Shown: positions 38,565 to 51,545 of the stretch, in pieces | Layout: every line of letters starts with the position of its first letter | How positions within the stretch are numbered: position 1 is the first letter of the stretch | Assembly: GCF_009834535.1 (NCBI RefSeq) | Contig: NC_045696.1 | Location: 24,988,001-25,052,000, forward strand | Reading direction: 5' to 3' | DNA: 64,000 nucleotides | DNA from: Camelus ferus | Taxonomy: Eukaryota | Made by a program: the position numbers and the translations under genes | Notes under the pieces: generated by a model | Seen by the model: the letters and a program-made list of their open reading frames with translations, nothing else | Told to the model about the DNA's origin: nothing | The model's database searches: none

Positions 38565-38910
38565 TGTTGACCTGAAACAAATAGCCTGCCAGGTACTTCT
38601 CCAGCAAAAATGGGTTTATTCAGGAGAGCAGAGAATTGCAATTCAGAACCTGCAACCATGGTGAACCATGTTTAAGTCCTCTTACAGCAAAGGAAAGAGG
38701 ACACTTTCCTGTAGGGGAAAAGAATGTTGAGAAGCCTTTGGTAAACAAGGAGTCCATCCATGGCTTTTCATTGGCTGAATCTGTGTCAGGAAGTAAGAGG
38801 AGTCTTTCTTCTTCCTTTTGGGCTCTACTGCCTTCAAAGGATGTGAGAGGTCCCCTTCTGGTTTCGCTACTCTATTTAACTGAGATTTCTGTTTATTAAT
38901 TTTTTTTACA
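38565..38910 (-). mobile_element. ERV solo LTR (cetartiodactyl type, probably ERV1 class)
   Basis: Bounded by TG (tgttgacctgaaac) and CA (ttttaca). Minus-strand CCAAT (attgg 38770-38774) lies upstream of minus-strand AATAAA (tttatt 38615-38620). Flanks attt/agtt are a possible decayed 4-bp TSD. Confidence 0.8.
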
Positions 38911-39047
38911 AGTTATTATTTTCTTATAAGCAAATTCTAAAGAAATAAAATGCCATGTATTTATGTTAGGGATAACCTAGACAGAAACTTGTATTTTAGA
39001 GACCCTCAGGGCCTGTCACCATTCTAATGAAATTAAATTGTGTAGAC

Positions 39048-39225
39048 CAGTGGCACTCAAAGTATAGTCTCTGGGCCAAAAAGCATCTATGTTACACTGA
39101 GACAAAAATTCTTGGACCCCTCCCCAGATGTAATGAATCAGAAACTCACAGATGGATCCTAGAAATCTCTTTTGTAACAAGTCCTGCTGATAACTCCATT
39201 GCACACTTGAGTTGGAGTATCACTG
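39048..39225. mobile_element. MER5A hAT-Charlie MITE, full length, with 8-bp TSD
   Basis: TIRs cagtggcactcaaa / ttggagtatcactg, internal tgaatcagaaactc. TSD gtgtagac (39040-39047) / atgtagac (39226-39233). Confidence 0.92.
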
Positions 39226-39859
39226 ATGTAGACAAACAACCCAAGTCTTTGTAAGATTATCTGGTACTAACCATGGTAGCCCATTAAGTGTGACTCCTGC
39301 AAAGCTAATGGTGTTTGTTTTATCTAAAATCCAATGACAGATGAAAGGATGACAAGGGAGAGGACACAGCTTTGTATATTAAAACAAGACCCATGGGATA
39401 ATCTGTTTTCAAGTCTTCAGACTAGAAAGCACATCTTTGAAGACAACATGTTAAAAGCAAGAAAAATTTATTGATATGAGAAAACCCACTATGTGCTAGG
39501 GACTATTCCAAATACTTTACATGTACTGTGTGTCATTGAATATACCTAAATTTCTAAATAGCAAGAAAAATTATCTTAAATCCACATGATACCATAGTAT
39601 ATAGTTATAAAAAAAACCATAAAATGAAAAAGCAACATGCAATATTGTACATAGAATGAATTTTCAACTTTTTTTTAAAAAGTACATAAATAGAAAAAAA
39701 ATACTGAAAGGTAATTTAGCAAAGGGATACATAAAGCTGATTATCTGACATTGGTAGATTTAGCCATTATATAATAGTAATAATAATTTTATAAAATATT
39801 ATTTTATATATTATATAAATACAATTATATATATTTTAAAATAATATCATTATTATTTG

Positions 39860-40110
39860 GGCATGGCATATTCTAGTGTTAAATAGAGTCATCTATAGAG
39901 GCTAACTGGTATAACTTTTGTCCCCATGTTTTTTTCACTGTATAAACCTGAGTAAGTATTTAAGCTTCTCAGAACCTTAGTTTCTTCATCTATAACATGG
40001 TAATAAAATAATATTTACCTTAAATGAAAAATTAAATGATTTAAACTATATATAGGGGCTAAAGTGGCAATTAGTGTTGTAATTACTCAATAAATGTTAT
40101 ATCTAATAAA
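39860..40110 (+). mobile_element. MIR SINE
   Basis: ctgtataaacctgagtaagtatttaagcttctcagaaccttagtttcttcatctataacatggtaataaaata...actcaataaatgtta. Confidence 0.8.
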
Positions 40111-40939
40111 GTTGTTTTACTTCCATGTAAGTATAGAATTCTGTTAGGGTTTACACATAATCATGAAAGTGTTTGGATCTAAAAATGTTTATGGTTTAGT
40201 GATAAATTCTCTAATTAAAAAAGAAGCGATAGAGCGATAACATGCACTTGGCTGGTATCCTATGTCCAGTATATGAGTAACAACATAAGTCTGCACCTAA
40301 AAGAGTCACATAAGTGTCCAATTTAATAAAAGCTACAGTAGCTCAGAAGAAGGTAAATTTGCATTCCATCATGACTAGGGAATATTTTATGGAGACATAC
40401 TTAGATGTATTTTTGGATGATATATCTGTGACAATTTGCAGTAAGATTGAGAGCATAGATATTTAAAATGTTGAGATACAGTCCATGCAGAGCATGAAAA
40501 TGTAAGGGGTTGTTCAAACAGTGATGTCTGTAGAGTTGTGGCCACTTGTGATAACAGACGTGTCTGTGTTTGCCAGTTTGAATTTGTGTTGATCCTGGCC
40601 AGACTATCAAGGGATTTGGTGATCAAGGTTAGGGAATCTGGAATAGGAACATAAAAATAGAATATGACTTCTAGGAATAGTTCTATGGCAATAGTGTGTG
40701 TATGAGCAACAGGAAAGAGGGATTGGGCTATACAAGACCTGGGAGTCTAGGAACTAAAAAGGGGGAGGAATGGTATGGGAAGAATAAGAGAGGCGTGAAA
40801 CCTTGTTAACAGAAAAGGAGCTGATAGAATTCATTACCTAAATATAAATGTATGGGAGAAGTAGTAGTCAAAATGTTGTCAGGGAGAATGGTGGGAATTC
40901 TGAAACTCTGAAGTGTAAGAATAGAGAACTACTTTTATA

Positions 40940-41200
40940 GAGAGAATGTTAAAATCGATTTTAGATTAGTCTGAAGTGACAGCAGGACATAGAAATGAAA
41001 GTAGCTATGCAGCAGATGGAAATGCTGATAAGAAGTTCTAGAGAGAGTGGTATTTGAGTCATCTCATAGAAATAATACTCAAGATCTCTGAGGCAGAAGA
41101 AAAGAGGAAATCTAAAGTCAGAAAATCAAGCTGAAGGACTCAGGTTAAATTAAGAAGTGGTGAAAGAGAAATTTTCAGTAATTTATAAGAAAAACTCGTA
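40940..41200 (-). mobile_element. L2 fragment
   Basis: ttttagattagtctgaagtgacagcaggacat...gcagcagatggaaat...atttgagtcatctcatagaaataata. Confidence 0.55.
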
Positions 41201-42579
41201 TCTAAGGAAGTTTCCATTGTGATGGTGACCATTGTAAGACATAGACTATGTAACATTCAGAGGAATTAGAAACAATGGACTCAGGAAGAACAACTAAGAC
41301 AGAAAATTCACATATGACCAGCATGAAGACATGTTCCTTAGCCATACACCAGTGGAAAGCGTACTTCCACACTGTGGAAAGGAGCGATGGAAGACATTAG
41401 CTATATGACATAATTTTAGTTGGTTACATCTAAAGTTACTCTACTTGTTAAGCAAGTTGCTTAGAGATCTCATCACATGATTTAGTTCGTTTTCAATTAT
41501 CCATGCTTTCTTCATAGAATGTTGGATTAAACAACTCTTTCTTGTAATATTAAATAATTGCTAATTACTTTTGTACCTAAAATTGTGAGGTATGGTCAAT
41601 AGCAATCATTTCAAAAAACATGGTAATAAACAACAGATCAAAGCTTAATGAAGCCAAATCTTGCCTGACATCATTCTGTCTTTCAATAATGCTTGGCAAC
41701 ATAATAGAAACTTAGGTTCTAAAATAACAAGACAAAAAATTAGAAGAGAGGTCCAAACATACACTAAACAGATAGCTAAGTGAAGAATTTAAGTGTGTGT
41801 GTGTATGTATATATATATTCATAATTTGTGTTTGTTAGGCTTGGTGATCTCAAACTACTCTTAAGAAATATGTAATCACAGGTTAAGTCGTTGCATATAG
41901 AAGTGTTGAGTTGCATATCTGGAGTTGGTTTTCAGTTGATTAGATGGAGAACCAAAATTTCATAAGACATAGATTAGAAACTTCTCCCTTTTGAAAATGC
42001 TTAAAAATAGTTTTCTGCCATTAGCAAGTCTCTCTGTATACCATATTTTATACCGCTTAGAGACATTTTTAAAGATAACCTGAAGTTTAAGGAAGTAAAT
42101 TTATCTGAAGAAATGAGTGGAGGTATGCTAGTTGCAATTTAACTAGGATCAATTAAATATGCATGATGAAGACATTAGAAATAGTAAAGTTATCATATTG
42201 ATACATACACGTTAGCATGAGCTTTGAACTCTTCAAAGATCTGAAAAAGATAAAAATTGGTAAAGATGGGTCACATTGTATATTTTTTTCTACCATTATT
42301 TCCACTGTTTCCTACTTGTTACAGTTTTAGTAAGCAATGAGACATTCTTGTATACAGCCAGAAAAATTCTGAAAGCTCTGAGTAAATTATTATGGTTACT
42401 TTAACATTTTCTCACTGAATTTTTTAGTTTAGAGATACTCTTTAGACCAGCATGTTGAAAGCTAACTGAACTCTAAAGGAATTATAAAAGCAAAGCAAGT
42501 AATACATTATGTGACATATATTCCAGTTTCTGAAAAATATTGATATATTACACATAAAAACAGTTTGTAAGGCCATACA

Positions 42580-43250
42580 AAAAAATCTGCAATAGTAGTT
42601 TTAGCTGAGGCTAATGAAAAAAATGGCCAAAAAGGAAACAAATATGTGATAATTCAGATACTATATCAAGAAGAATGTGATCAACTGGATCAGGTCATTT
42701 GTTGAAGATAAATCCAGTAATATGAAGACTTGGAAGTGACACTGGATTTAGCAGTGTTGTTATCATTGGTGATATTAATAGAAGAAGTTTCAATGGAAAG
42801 GGAGAAATTAGGGCAGACTAGAAAGATGGGTTCAAGATAACCAGAGTGAAGGAAACAGTGGTTGGAGTAGAGAGAATATGTTCAAAAAACGTAAAGACAG
42901 GGGAGTTGTGGGACAGTAACTGAGAGGAATAAAAAAATGAGTGAGACTATTTTTAGAAAGTGGGGAAACTTATGATAATAGTCTTACATACCTATTTATA
43001 TGCTAATTATCTACTAGAGACAGGAGAATGCTAGACCAATTTCTTTGAATAGCCAAGAGGTGATAGGATCAACAATGCAATTTAAGATCGGTAAGTGCTG
43101 TGTATAGATGAAGATGAATCCGTGAGATGGGATACATTTATCCGGTAAGTGACTATAAGTGGAGAATAGTCCTGAGGACGGTTCCTGCGCACTCTGGTAG
43201 GAGCATGTTGAAATTCTCTTCTGGTATGTAATTTTTAGAGTTATTAATAT
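42580..43250 (-). mobile_element. L2 fragment(s)
   Basis: gaagacttggaagtgacactggatttagcagtgttgttatcattggtgatattaatagaagaagtttcaatggaa...gggttcaaga. Confidence 0.65.
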
Positions 43251-44909
43251 GAAGACTAAGGACGTAATAGGTGTGAAAACGTCTTGCCTATTGGATGTTC
43301 AAAATAGAGTGGGTGCCTCCTGTGTTTCTTTCCTTTGTTCAACTCCTATATCCATTTCATCTTGTAATCTCTGATGTTCTAAAATTCAAATCATGACCCT
43401 TAGCACATATCTTTTACTTCTTCCTATGTCTTGAAAGCTATATGTTATTTTTTTGTTAAATTCTTAATTGCTTCTAAAGTAGAAATTTTGTAGAGCTTAA
43501 TGTTGATATCTTTTAATCCAATATTTGGGATGTATGTCATTTAACCCTGTCTTAAGTTGCATAGTTTTGTTTCTCATATTGTTTTTTAAGATATTCTATT
43601 TCCTAAAAATATTCATGGGACATTAGTGAAGGCTATAAATATGAAATAATATTAATAAAAATTGAAAGATCAATAAATAACAAAATTGTAAAGTTTTATA
43701 AACTTGTCTAGCACTTACAGTGGATATTTTTACATTATCATTAGCCAGATCAAATGTTGCATCAATTGAAATCTTCTCTTTTCAAATTTCCAAATGACAT
43801 AGGGAAAAGACCTTTGCCATTGTGGGCTTAAAATTTTATAAAGTATGTACATTTCTCATATGAAATGAAATCTCAGAATCCTGAAATAGATGAACTTGAG
43901 GAGTATGTGGAATATAAGACTCCCCCTCTCCCTTCTGCTTTCAGAACAATGTCACTCCTTGAAAAAAAAAAAGATTTAAATACCTTTAGGTTATCAAGAA
44001 CAACCAAATGTTACTTATTCCATTAACTATCTTTAAAAGCTTCCATGAGAATTTTTGAATTTGATTTTCAGTATGAGCCAAACATGTATGTACTTTACAA
44101 TTTTTTCCTGCTTAGTATGCATTGTCATACTTACTCCTGAATTTATAAGCACCACAGTGTAACAAATAAAAGTGGATGAAAAAAAAGTTTTATCACAGAT
44201 CTTCCTTAGATTTATTTTTGAGCACATTCCAAGCATAAGTACCCATGGATGTGGAAGAAGTAGTAGTGTATTTTCACATGAAATATAGTGAATTTCTTCA
44301 TTCAAAGGTATACAAAGCTGAGCTGTACTGAAGAACTGAAATGAGTTGTGTATAACATGTTTGCAGTGATAAACTGGAAGACTCAAAGCATTGCTATTCA
44401 CTAAAATCCAAATTATATGAGGCTGAACACGTACATTTCTGACTTAAAAAAAAAGTCCCAGTATAATACAGATATCTGTACTGACTCTCTGATTTCTTAC
44501 CCCAATAATTGTTCCCCTTCCACTTCCCTCACTATTTTGAGAAAATAAGCTATATAGTGTAGGGACAGACATTACCAAGGAGATAGAAAATTACAAACCT
44601 ATTTTCTAGAATGTTCATTGGTTTGAAAATATATTTATGTTTTCATTTTGTGTAGAATTTTTACAACTATGTTAACCAGGTAAAGTATTCAAATAAAATA
44701 TTACTTTTATGCAATAGAAACAAGAGGATTGATACTTTTGATAATAGTATTAAACTAGCTTAAATATTAGCCAAAACTCATTTGACTATCAGAAGTTAAT
44801 GAACAGTTTGTATCTGCTATAACTCAGCATTATTCTCAGTAGAATGTAAAATCATTGAAGGCAGGGATGCGTGTGGTTTTCAACCGCATTTCACAGAGTC
44901 AGAATCTCA

Positions 44910-45140
44910 CGGTAGTGAAGAACCTAGGCAAAGGAAGCACACGATCTTACTTGGAATAAAGTATTTAATTATTCTGTTTCTCAGTATGCTCATTTGCAAA
45001 AGGGGAATATCTATATCCTACTCTTATAGGATGTAGTATCCTGTATCTACATCATAGGGTTGTTGTGAAGTTTAAAGTATGACTCACATAAATCTTAAAA
45101 GGCAGTGTCGGTTCCAGGGTGTGTATTCAACAAATGTTAT
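44910..45140 (+). mobile_element. MIR SINE
   Basis: aagtatttaattattctgtttctcagtatgctcatttgcaaaagggga...catagggttgttgtgaagtttaaa...attcaacaaatgtta. Confidence 0.75.
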
Positions 45141-47364
45141 TTTTTTTTCCTTATATCCACAAACAATAATTCATCAAACTCTAGGTATTGAGTGCCTACA
45201 ATGTGTGAGAGGCTTAGGCTACACTTTAAATCAGTGCTTTATTTTCATTATTAAATATTAATATTAAACAAATACTGTAACAAACTAGCATATAAAAGTA
45301 AGTTTATTTTTTAATTCTTAACATTCAGGTCTTTTAGCACTAGAACAATAGTCCTGGGATTTTTGCTATCTTATCTTTGTAATTTCAAATACACCTTATG
45401 TTTTGCATAATACATTGCTGATATCATTGCCTTCTTTCTAGGATGAATGTAAAAGTTGGAGCACACATTTGACACTTGACTATGGAGTTGTCTGTTAGCC
45501 ACCTTTCAACCTTGCCAGCAAATCCAATCAGCTTAAGAGCATTTTAATGTACCTATGTAAGTCCTCAGAATTTAAGATTAGGAGAGAAAAACAGGTCGTA
45601 TGACCTTCATAAGCACTATTCAGTGGTTACTCTGGAAATGATGGAATTAGTTTAATTCAAGCTGCAATTTGATTGAAATATTTTCCAGCTTAAAATCAGA
45701 TATTCAGCTAGCACCTACAATGTGAGGAAGGTTATATGCAGTGCATTTCTAAAGCAATAGAAATGCAGTTGAGTCAAACAAAATCATTTTGTCATCGGTA
45801 ATCAGGAAGAGGTTGCCCTATATGTTTTAGATTCCAATTTTTAATTTAGCAAGAAAGCTTAAGTGTACAGTAGTATAGAATATACACGACTCAGCCCTTT
45901 TTACTTAGGAAAAAAAGTGCAATATTTTACTTCACTCTGACCTTGAGTCAAAGCTTTTTGAAGAATCATTCTGAGTGGATGGATGGGGTGGGGGTGGGGT
46001 GAAATGAAATGAAAAAGAGGGAAGAGTTGCTTTTAACATGACCAGATGGCAATTTTTACTAGTTGGCAGTGTGTTAAAACACATCTTTTGAAAGGAAACT
46101 ATACATTATAGACTGGCATCACTAAATGTGTAAAACCATCCCAAAAATAGATAAAAATATTCTTTAGCTTTGAAGTAAAGTTATGATAAACTTGTATAAG
46201 TGTATGGTTATCTGTAGGGTAAAGATAGCAATGAAAACTAACTGTATAGTCAAAGGTCCTAAAGGAGTCAGCACTGAATTGACAATATCTAATCTCTGAC
46301 ATTATATCCTCCAAAATGTTAATTGTGTTCCTCAAGGGCTGGCTCCACTATAAACCAGATGTGATAATTTAATATTAACTGCTTTCTTGTCCTACTGAAA
46401 CCATGATCAATCTCACTAATGCACACCCTAGATTTCCAAAATAAATTTTTGAAAGCAACTAAATTCTTATCACCACAGGGATAGACATCTTGGAGTCTGC
46501 TAAATTATTTATTAAATAACTTACTTCAGTTCTTTAAGCATACTAAGAAGGTTGCAATGATGTAACCTAAAAACCATTAAAACTCACTTGCTAGAAGTCC
46601 AGAAAACAGAAATACTAATTACCTATTATCAATTATTCTCTAGTAAGTTTCATTTGTCTTATTTTTGGCATGACGACTATGATTAGACGTAATAACTCTG
46701 CCTGATCCTTTGATCATTGATTTGGTGGATCTGATGAACTCTTTAAAACATATTAGTGATTTTTAAACCTTTGTAGTAGTGGAATATCTGAGCATTTTAT
46801 ATGGAAATGACTAAAATGCTATTTTAACACACCACTGCAAGTTAAAATTAGAGCAGTCTCACATTTTGGTAAAGGCCACTGCAAAAATTTATAACGTTGA
46901 ATAGACACAATGTATTCCTTCAAGATTTATGGATCCAATCAGAATGAATTACATTGTTAAGTAGCCATATATACACTATTTAGAAACTCATTTGCTTGAA
47001 AGGAGTCATTAAACCAATAGTTGAATTAGTTTCTTTCTTACTCTAGTTTCTGTAATAATAAAGACTGAAATTCCCGTCTTTCTTTTTTTTATTAGTTGCA
47101 AGAAACCCAGTGTAATATTTCTTCTTTGAGTTTTTTGAAGCATGATTGGAAAAATGACTATAACACAGACTAGAATCTCAAGATACGCTGATATTTAACA
47201 TTAGATAGAAAGAGCTGAGAGTATTTTAATACTCAGTACTTTAGGAGAAGCATAATTATTTTAAAATAAATTTGTATTATACATATATTTTATACTGCAG
47301 TCATTTACTCGGGGTGAACACAATTCATCTTATTTAATATAGCTCAGTAGGGTAATAACAATAA

Positions 47365-47615
47365 TTAAAATTAGCTAATAGATTTTTTGTGTGCTGTATG
47401 CTATGAACTGTTTTTTGCATGTGTACTTTTGTATTATACATGTATGTAACTCACAAGAAATCTATGAGGCAGAGAAAAGTTAACTGGCCAACTTGCACAG
47501 CTGGTATGTGATAGAAGACCTGAGATTCACAGCTGGTATATGATACAAGACCTGAGATTCCAACCAAGGAAATCTATCTGCCAAGTCTATGTCTGACCAC
47601 TATAGATACTGCTTT
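47365..47615 (-). mobile_element. MIR SINE with internal 32-bp tandem duplication
   Basis: ctcacaagaaatctatgaggcagagaaaagttaactggccaacttgcacagctggta...gagattccaaccaagg. The duplicated unit lies at 47496-47527 / 47528-47559. Confidence 0.8.
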
Positions 47616-48139
47616 TCTAAGAAATTAGAATAATCTGGTTGTCTACAATGACTTCACCTTAATTAGTGGTGTATTTTATATATTGTATTGATGTATTTAA
47701 AAACATGATACACACTTGAAACATCGAGATAATGTAGGTTTATTTAAATAAGCATCATTCCTACCAAAGATCTCTAATCCTTGTGTTTCTTTGGAGATCT
47801 TTATTTCAATCACATAAAATACACATAATATATGTCATTTTCATCTTGACTCACATAATAGGATAATACATAGAGTGCTCTGAAAATTATTTATCATGTA
47901 ATAAATCATGAAAGTTTTTCCTTATGTATTGTGTCTTAACAGTAAATTCTGTGACTTTCTGACACCTGACAGATACCCTTATTCACTCTGTTATAGTTTG
48001 GTCTTACTTTGGACTGGCCAAAATGCCTAATAGAGGCAATAATAAATGGAGACCAAAATGATAATTTTACATAATTCTTTATATGCCAGCTCTATTTAAA
48101 GCTATATATATATATATACACACACATATATATGCATAC

Positions 48140-48744
48140 ACTTATGTGTAAAATACACTTAACATAAACCATCTTAACCATTTTTAACTGTACAGGTCAG
48201 TAGTACATTCATATTGTTATACAACCATCAGTATTATTTGTCTCTAGAACTCTTCGTCTTGCAGAACTAGAACTCTGTACTCATTAAGCAATAACTCCCC
48301 TTGCACCTATCCCCACAGGTCCTGGCAACAACCATTCTACTTTCTGTCTCTATGATTTGGCTACTCTAGATACATCATATAAGTGGGATCATACTTTGTT
48401 TTTCTTTTTGTGATTGGCTTATGTCACTTAGTATAATGTCTTCAAGTTTCCTCCATGTTGTGGCATATGTCATTATTTCCTTCCTTATTAATGCTAAGTA
48501 ATATTCCTTTGTATATGCCATATTTTGCATAGCTATCCTTCAGTGGACATTTGAACTTCCACATTTTAGCTGTTCTTTTGGATGTATACCTAGAAATGGA
48601 GTTGCTTGATCATATGGTAAGTCTACTTTTAATTTTTTGAGAAACTGCAATATTGTTTCCATAGTAGCTGTAGCATTTTTTATACCCACTGACAATGCAC
48701 AAGGGTTCAAATTTCTCAGTATCCTCAGCAACACTTATTATTTT

Positions 48745-48781
<37 letters not shown>

Positions 48782-51545
48782 ATGGGTTATCCTAATGGGT
48801 GTGATGTATTATCTCATTGTATTTTGATTTGCATTTTCCTGCTGATTAGTCATGTTGAGTGTATTTTTTATGTGCTTATTATCTATTTGTACATCTTCTT
48901 TAAGTAAATGTCTATCCAAGTTCTTTGCCCATTTTTGAATCAGGTTGTTTGTTGTTGTTTCTGTTGTTTTAAATGTTGTCTATTCTGGATATTAATCTTA
49001 TGTCACATATATAATTTACAAATATTTCTCTCATTCTGTATGTTGTCTTTTTACTCTATTGATAATGTATTTTGATGCACATATTTTGTATAAAATTGTA
49101 TTATTTCATTGTACATATTGTTTGGTGTACATGCCTCAGGGTATATGTCTAGGAGTCTAAGAGATGTATTCGGTAAGAGATGTTTTTAATTTAAAGAAAA
49201 AATTAATTTTTGTAAAGTTCAATTTGTTACTTTTTCTTTTGTTGCCTTTTACTTTCGGTGTCGTACCTAAGAAATATTTGCAAATCCAATATCATAAAGC
49301 TTTTGCTCCATGTTTTCCAAGAATTTTGTAGTTTTAGGTCTTATTTTAGGTCTGTGATCCATTTTGAGTTAATTTTTGTATATGGTATTAGGTAAGTGTT
49401 TAACTTTATTCTTTTCCATGGAGATACCTAATTTTCCCAGCATGATTTGTTGAAAAGACTGTCCTTTCCCTGTTGAGTTGTCTTGGCTTCCTTGTGGAAA
49501 ATCATTTGAATATGAGAGAGCTTATTTCTGGATCCTTACTTCTATTGTGTTTGTTGATATTTCTGTTTTTAGCCACTACCACACTGGAGCTTTGTGGTAA
49601 ATTTTGAAATCAAGAAGTGTAAATCAATTGGCTTTGTTATTCTTTATCAAGATTATTTTGTCTACTTAGAGTCCTTTTGAGACTTCGTATGAATTTTAAA
49701 ATAGTTGTCTATTTCTGCAAAATGTTTCATTGATTTTTTGGTAGGGATTGAATTGAATCTGTAAATCACTTTGGATAGTATTTACATTGAACATGGGAAG
49801 TCTGTTTAATTATGTCTTTAATTTCTTTCTATTTATGTCTTTAATTACTTTATGTGTTTATATTTTTCCTAAAATTCTTTGATTTGTTAATGTTTTGTAG
49901 TTTTCATTGTACAAATCTTTCACTTTCTTGATTAATTCCCTAAGTATTTTATTCTTTTTGATGCTATTTAAGATGGAATTTTTCTTACAATTGCCTTTTC
50001 AGAATGTTTATTGTTAGTGTAGAGAAATGTAATAGATTTTTGTGTATTGATTTTGCTGAAAGAATTTACTAGTTATAAAATTTCTTCATGTAGATCTTTA
50101 GGGTTTTCTATAAGAAAGATCACATCATCTACAAAAGGGATAATTTTTACTTCTTTCTTTCTGATTTGGATACATTTTACTTTTTCTTGCCTAATTGCTC
50201 TGGTTATTCAACTTAGTTGAACAGAAATGTTGAATAATAGGTATCCTTGCCCTGTTCCTGATCTTGGAGGAGAAGCTTTTAGTCTTTCATCATTGATAAT
50301 GATATTTGTTGTGGATTTTTCATATATTGCTTTTATTATATTGAGGTAGTTGTCTTCTATTCCTACTCTGAGTGATTTTTATCACTAAAGGATAGTGACT
50401 TTTGGCTAATATATTTTCTTCATCAGTTGAGATGATTGTTTTTTGCTTTATTCTGCTAATGTGTTTACTACATTGAACAATTTGTGTATGTTGAACCATC
50501 CTTACATTTCCAGAATAAATCCCACTTGGCCATTTTAGTAAGCTGCTAAATTCATTTTACTATATTTTGTTGAGGGTATTTGCATCAGTGTTCATAAGGG
50601 ATATTGGTCTGTAGTTTTCTTATAGTGTGTTTGTCTGGCTTTCGTATGCTAGTAATGCTGATCTCACAGAATGAATTAGGGAATGTTCCGTCCGCTCTAA
50701 TTTTTTTTGAAAAGTCTGAGATAGATTGTTACTAGTTCTTCTTTAAATGTTTGGTAGAATTCAATAGTGAAACCATCAGATACAGACCTTTTTTTTTTTT
50801 TTCGCTGAGAGAATTTTGATTACTGATTTAATCTAGTTACTAGTTATATGTCAATTCAGAGTTTCTATCTCTTCATGGTTTAGTCATTGTAGGCTTTATA
50901 TTTCTAGGAATTTGTCTGTTTCATCTAGGTTATCCAATTTGTTGATATGCAGTTATTCTTAGTACTGTCTTATAATTCTTTTCATTTCTGAATAATGGGC
51001 AGTAGTATCCCTATTCTCATTCCTGATTTCAATAATTTGAGTCTTCTATCTTTTTTTTTCTTAGTTAATCTAGCTAAAGTTTGCTAATTTTGTTGATCTT
51101 TTTAAAAAAACTAACTTTTGGTTGTATTAATTGACTCTAATGTTTTTCTGTTTTCTATTTTGTCTCCACTCTAATCTTCATGATTTCCTCCTTTCAACAA
51201 GCTTTCAGTTTAGTTTCTTTCTCTTGTTCCTTAAGTTATAAAGATTGTTGACTGGAGAGCTTTCTTTCTTTTTAATATAAGCATTTAAAGCTATAAATTC
51301 CCTCTGTAACACTGTATTGTGTCCTGTAAGTTTTGGTAGGTTATGTTTTCATTTTCATTAGTCTCTAAGTAGTTTCTAACATCCCTGTGATTTCTTCTGT
51401 GAGCCATTGGTTGTTTGAGTGTGTTGTTTAATTTCCACAAATTTCTTTGCATTATTGATTTCTAACTTTATCCTGTCTTGGTGAGAGAAGATATTTTATA
51501 TGATACATATCTTTTAAAATCTGTGGAGACTTGATTTGTTACGCC
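48140..51545 (-). mobile_element. L1MB-like element, ~3.4 kb (3'UTR and decayed ORF2 including RT region)
   Basis: 3'UTR signature aaaatacacttaacataaaccatcttaaccatttttaactgtaca...cctggcaacaaccattctactttctgtctctatga. ORF2 remnants include LKKLKVDLPYDQATPFLGIHPKE. Continuous T-rich antisense L1 sequence to ~51540. Confidence 0.93.
48750..48778. repeat. (TG)14 microsatellite inside L1
   Basis: Directly visible. Confidence 0.97.

Noticed and set aside
45977..46001. G-rich run ggatggatggggtgggggtgggg as a G-quadruplex
   Set aside because: Only three tracts of 3 or more G; simple low-complexity sequence with no further support.
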